Assembly (NCBI GenBank): GCA_963575745.1
Contig: CAUYUJ010000258.1
Coordinates: 1 to 64,000 of the forward strand
Length of the DNA: 64,000 nt
Source of the DNA: Prorocentrum cordatum
Lineage: Eukaryota
Direction of reading: 5' to 3'
In this document: piece after piece, positions 61,946-64,000 of the stretch
How the letters are laid out: the number at the start of each line of letters is the position of its first letter
Numbering within the stretch: position 1 is the first letter of the stretch
Made by a program: the position numbers and the translations under genes
The notes under the pieces: generated by a model
Seen by the model: the letters and a program-made list of their open reading frames with translations, nothing else
Told to the model about the DNA's origin: nothing
Databases searched by the model: none

Positions 61946-64000
61946 ACCCCCTTCCCCTCCAACTTCTGGTGGTGGTGGCGGCGGAAAACAAGCCCATCAA
62001 TGGTTGGTGGTACCTCGCCTCTGCGCACGCTGCCCTGCGGCTCGAAGACCGCCGGGCGGAACGCAACGCCAGGCCCTGGGCGCGGCACCGCGCCTTTGCG
62101 TGGTTCCGTTGCGCGTCTCCGCCTCGCAAGAATTCGGACGGAAGCCCAGGCGCCAACGCCGTGTCCGCCCAGCGGTCGCGCCAGCGCGTCGTGGACCTCC
62201 GCCTGGTCCAGGAAGAAAGCTCAGCTCGCACTGCCCGACTTCCGTTGGGGAGCACCGTGGCAAGGGTTATGAGCGGGCTGATGGGGAGGTCGGCCGGCAT
62301 CGGAACGGGTTGAGCTTCTTGATCGCGCCGCAAAAGCGCGGAGGGCAATGCGCACCCTGCACCACTTGCGCGCGGCGCTCACCCCAGCGCCCCTTGCAAT
62401 GCGACCAATCGACCATAAGGGCGGTGGGCATAGATGGCAGAACAGGCGGTCATAGACATACGCTTTCACAGGTCTGGGCGGATTTCTGGGGTCGGCTCTG
62501 AGCCTCGAAACCTTGGCCGTGGGCCCGTGGTGGCAGCGGTCTGCACGAAGGAGGGCACAGTGTGCTCGCTGATCTCGGCTGGCGTTTTTCCTTCTGTCTG
62601 TTGCCTCCCCCACCACCGCCGCCAGCGCCACTGCCAGCTACCCCCGCGCCCGCCAGCGCCACTGCCAGCTACCCCCGCGCCCGCCCCCGCGACCCCCGCG
62701 CCCGCGCCCCCCACCACCGCCGCCGGCGCCACTGCCAGCTATCTCTCTCATCGCAGTGCCGCGCGAGGAAGTTGGCCCCCCGGGCGCCTGGGCCAGAGTT
62801 GTGCCCTGGCCGCAGGCCCGCTCCCAGCCCAGGCCACCTCGGGCGAGGCCGCCCACGCACGCTGCGGCCGCCGTCTTGGCCCAGCGGCCCGCTCCCACAG
62901 CTCGCGAGTGGCGCTCGCTGTGGTCGCAGCATGGCGCCCTGCGATGTAGCTGATGGCGCCATCGATCGCCTTGCGGGCCCGCTTCTCGCGGAGAGGGGAC
63001 GGAGCGACCCGCCCTCCACTAAGGCGCGACGGGGCACTCTTTTCGAGCAGCGACCGAGCCCGCTGCCGCGGCCCTCCGTCCTTGCACGCGATGCGGGTGT
63101 GGGCTCCGTCGCCAGCGCCCCAAAAACCATTACCACAGCTCACCCTTCCCGCGAATGCTGACGCCTGCGCTGCAGCAAACGGTTGTGGGCTCCAGCTTCG
63201 GCGCCTGTGTCTCTGTGGGCAGCGGCAGGGCGACTTGCCAGAGCCTGCCGTCCCTGATCCCTGCGCGCGTCAACAGTTCGGCACTAGCAGATCGCTTCGT
63301 GCTCAAGCTTCGCCGCCGCCCAGCAGTGCTGGGGCCCGCTGGTTTTTCTGCTGGTAAATGCTGAGTCGGGCGTTGTAGCTGACTGCTTTGCTCCATCTAT
63401 CTGGCCCGCACCCCGCTCAGCAGCGGTGGAGCTGAAGCCGCCAGTGCGCCTTCGGCGCACGCTAATTCCGGCACTGCTGCTTGTCCTATTGGGTTCCACA
63501 TGTGCTCTCATCATCTCGCTGAGCAACGTCCGAGTTTGTTTTGCTGCCGCTGTAACACCTCCGCCTCGGGCGCGGAGCTGCAGAGTCTGATCTTCGCCTT
63601 TCTTCGGCCACCTCTTCGGCTTCCTACCGCCTCCGCCTCCGCATCCGCCACCTCGTCGATTTCCACTTCCTGCTCATTCTTTTTCGCCTCTGCCGCCCCC
63701 GCGCCCCTCTCAGAGGGCCCGCTGCCACCCGTCGCTGTCGCTTTTCGCTTCTCGCTCCTCCACAGCGTCAGGGGCGCTCGCTGGCTACAGCCGGCGCGCG
63801 GCCCCCGGGTCGCTGTGACTCAGATCTGTTTGGCCGCAGGCCTGCCCAGAGGTAACTAAACGACGAGATCTTCGTTCGTCTCGCTTTGACTGTGGAGCAC
63901 CCAGCAGCACCCAAGAGCGTGCGCACCGTGCCCAACAGCGCCGAATAGAGGCCGAAAAGCGCCCAAGAGCGTCCAGTAACGCAGTGTGAGGGAGATGCGT

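Noticed and set aside
61500..64000. Possible host exons in GC-rich unique sequence
   Set aside because: No recognisable domain or consistent frame; cannot be supported without transcript data.

Overview
GC-rich, microsatellite-dense eukaryotic DNA, almost certainly from a dinoflagellate: a spliced-leader sequence (CCGTAGCCATTTTGGCTCAAG) plus a relict SL sits at 27561-27596. No host gene could be confidently identified, and most long ORFs in the track are artefacts of simple repeats. The window holds three recognisable retroelements. (1) A full-length tyrosine-recombinase (DIRS-order, Ngaro/PAT-type split direct repeat) retrotransposon at 8721-16568, with gag-like ORF, RT, a C5 DNA-methyltransferase-like domain nested inside RNase H, and YR. 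(2) A degenerate SL-capped LINE at 27561-~32985, interrupted by a Helentron/HINE-like element. (3) A complete Ty1/copia LTR element at 46483-54158 (minus strand; GGAGG TSD; tRNA-iMet-type PBS; TG...TA LTR ends). Its polyprotein carries a second, different C5-methyltransferase-like domain between protease and integrase, and a transmembrane/coiled-coil tail after RNase H. Also present: a second HINE-like element, a 19-bp-TIR MITE, long fold-back palindromes and several satellites. All domain calls come from motif recognition by eye, not from database searches.
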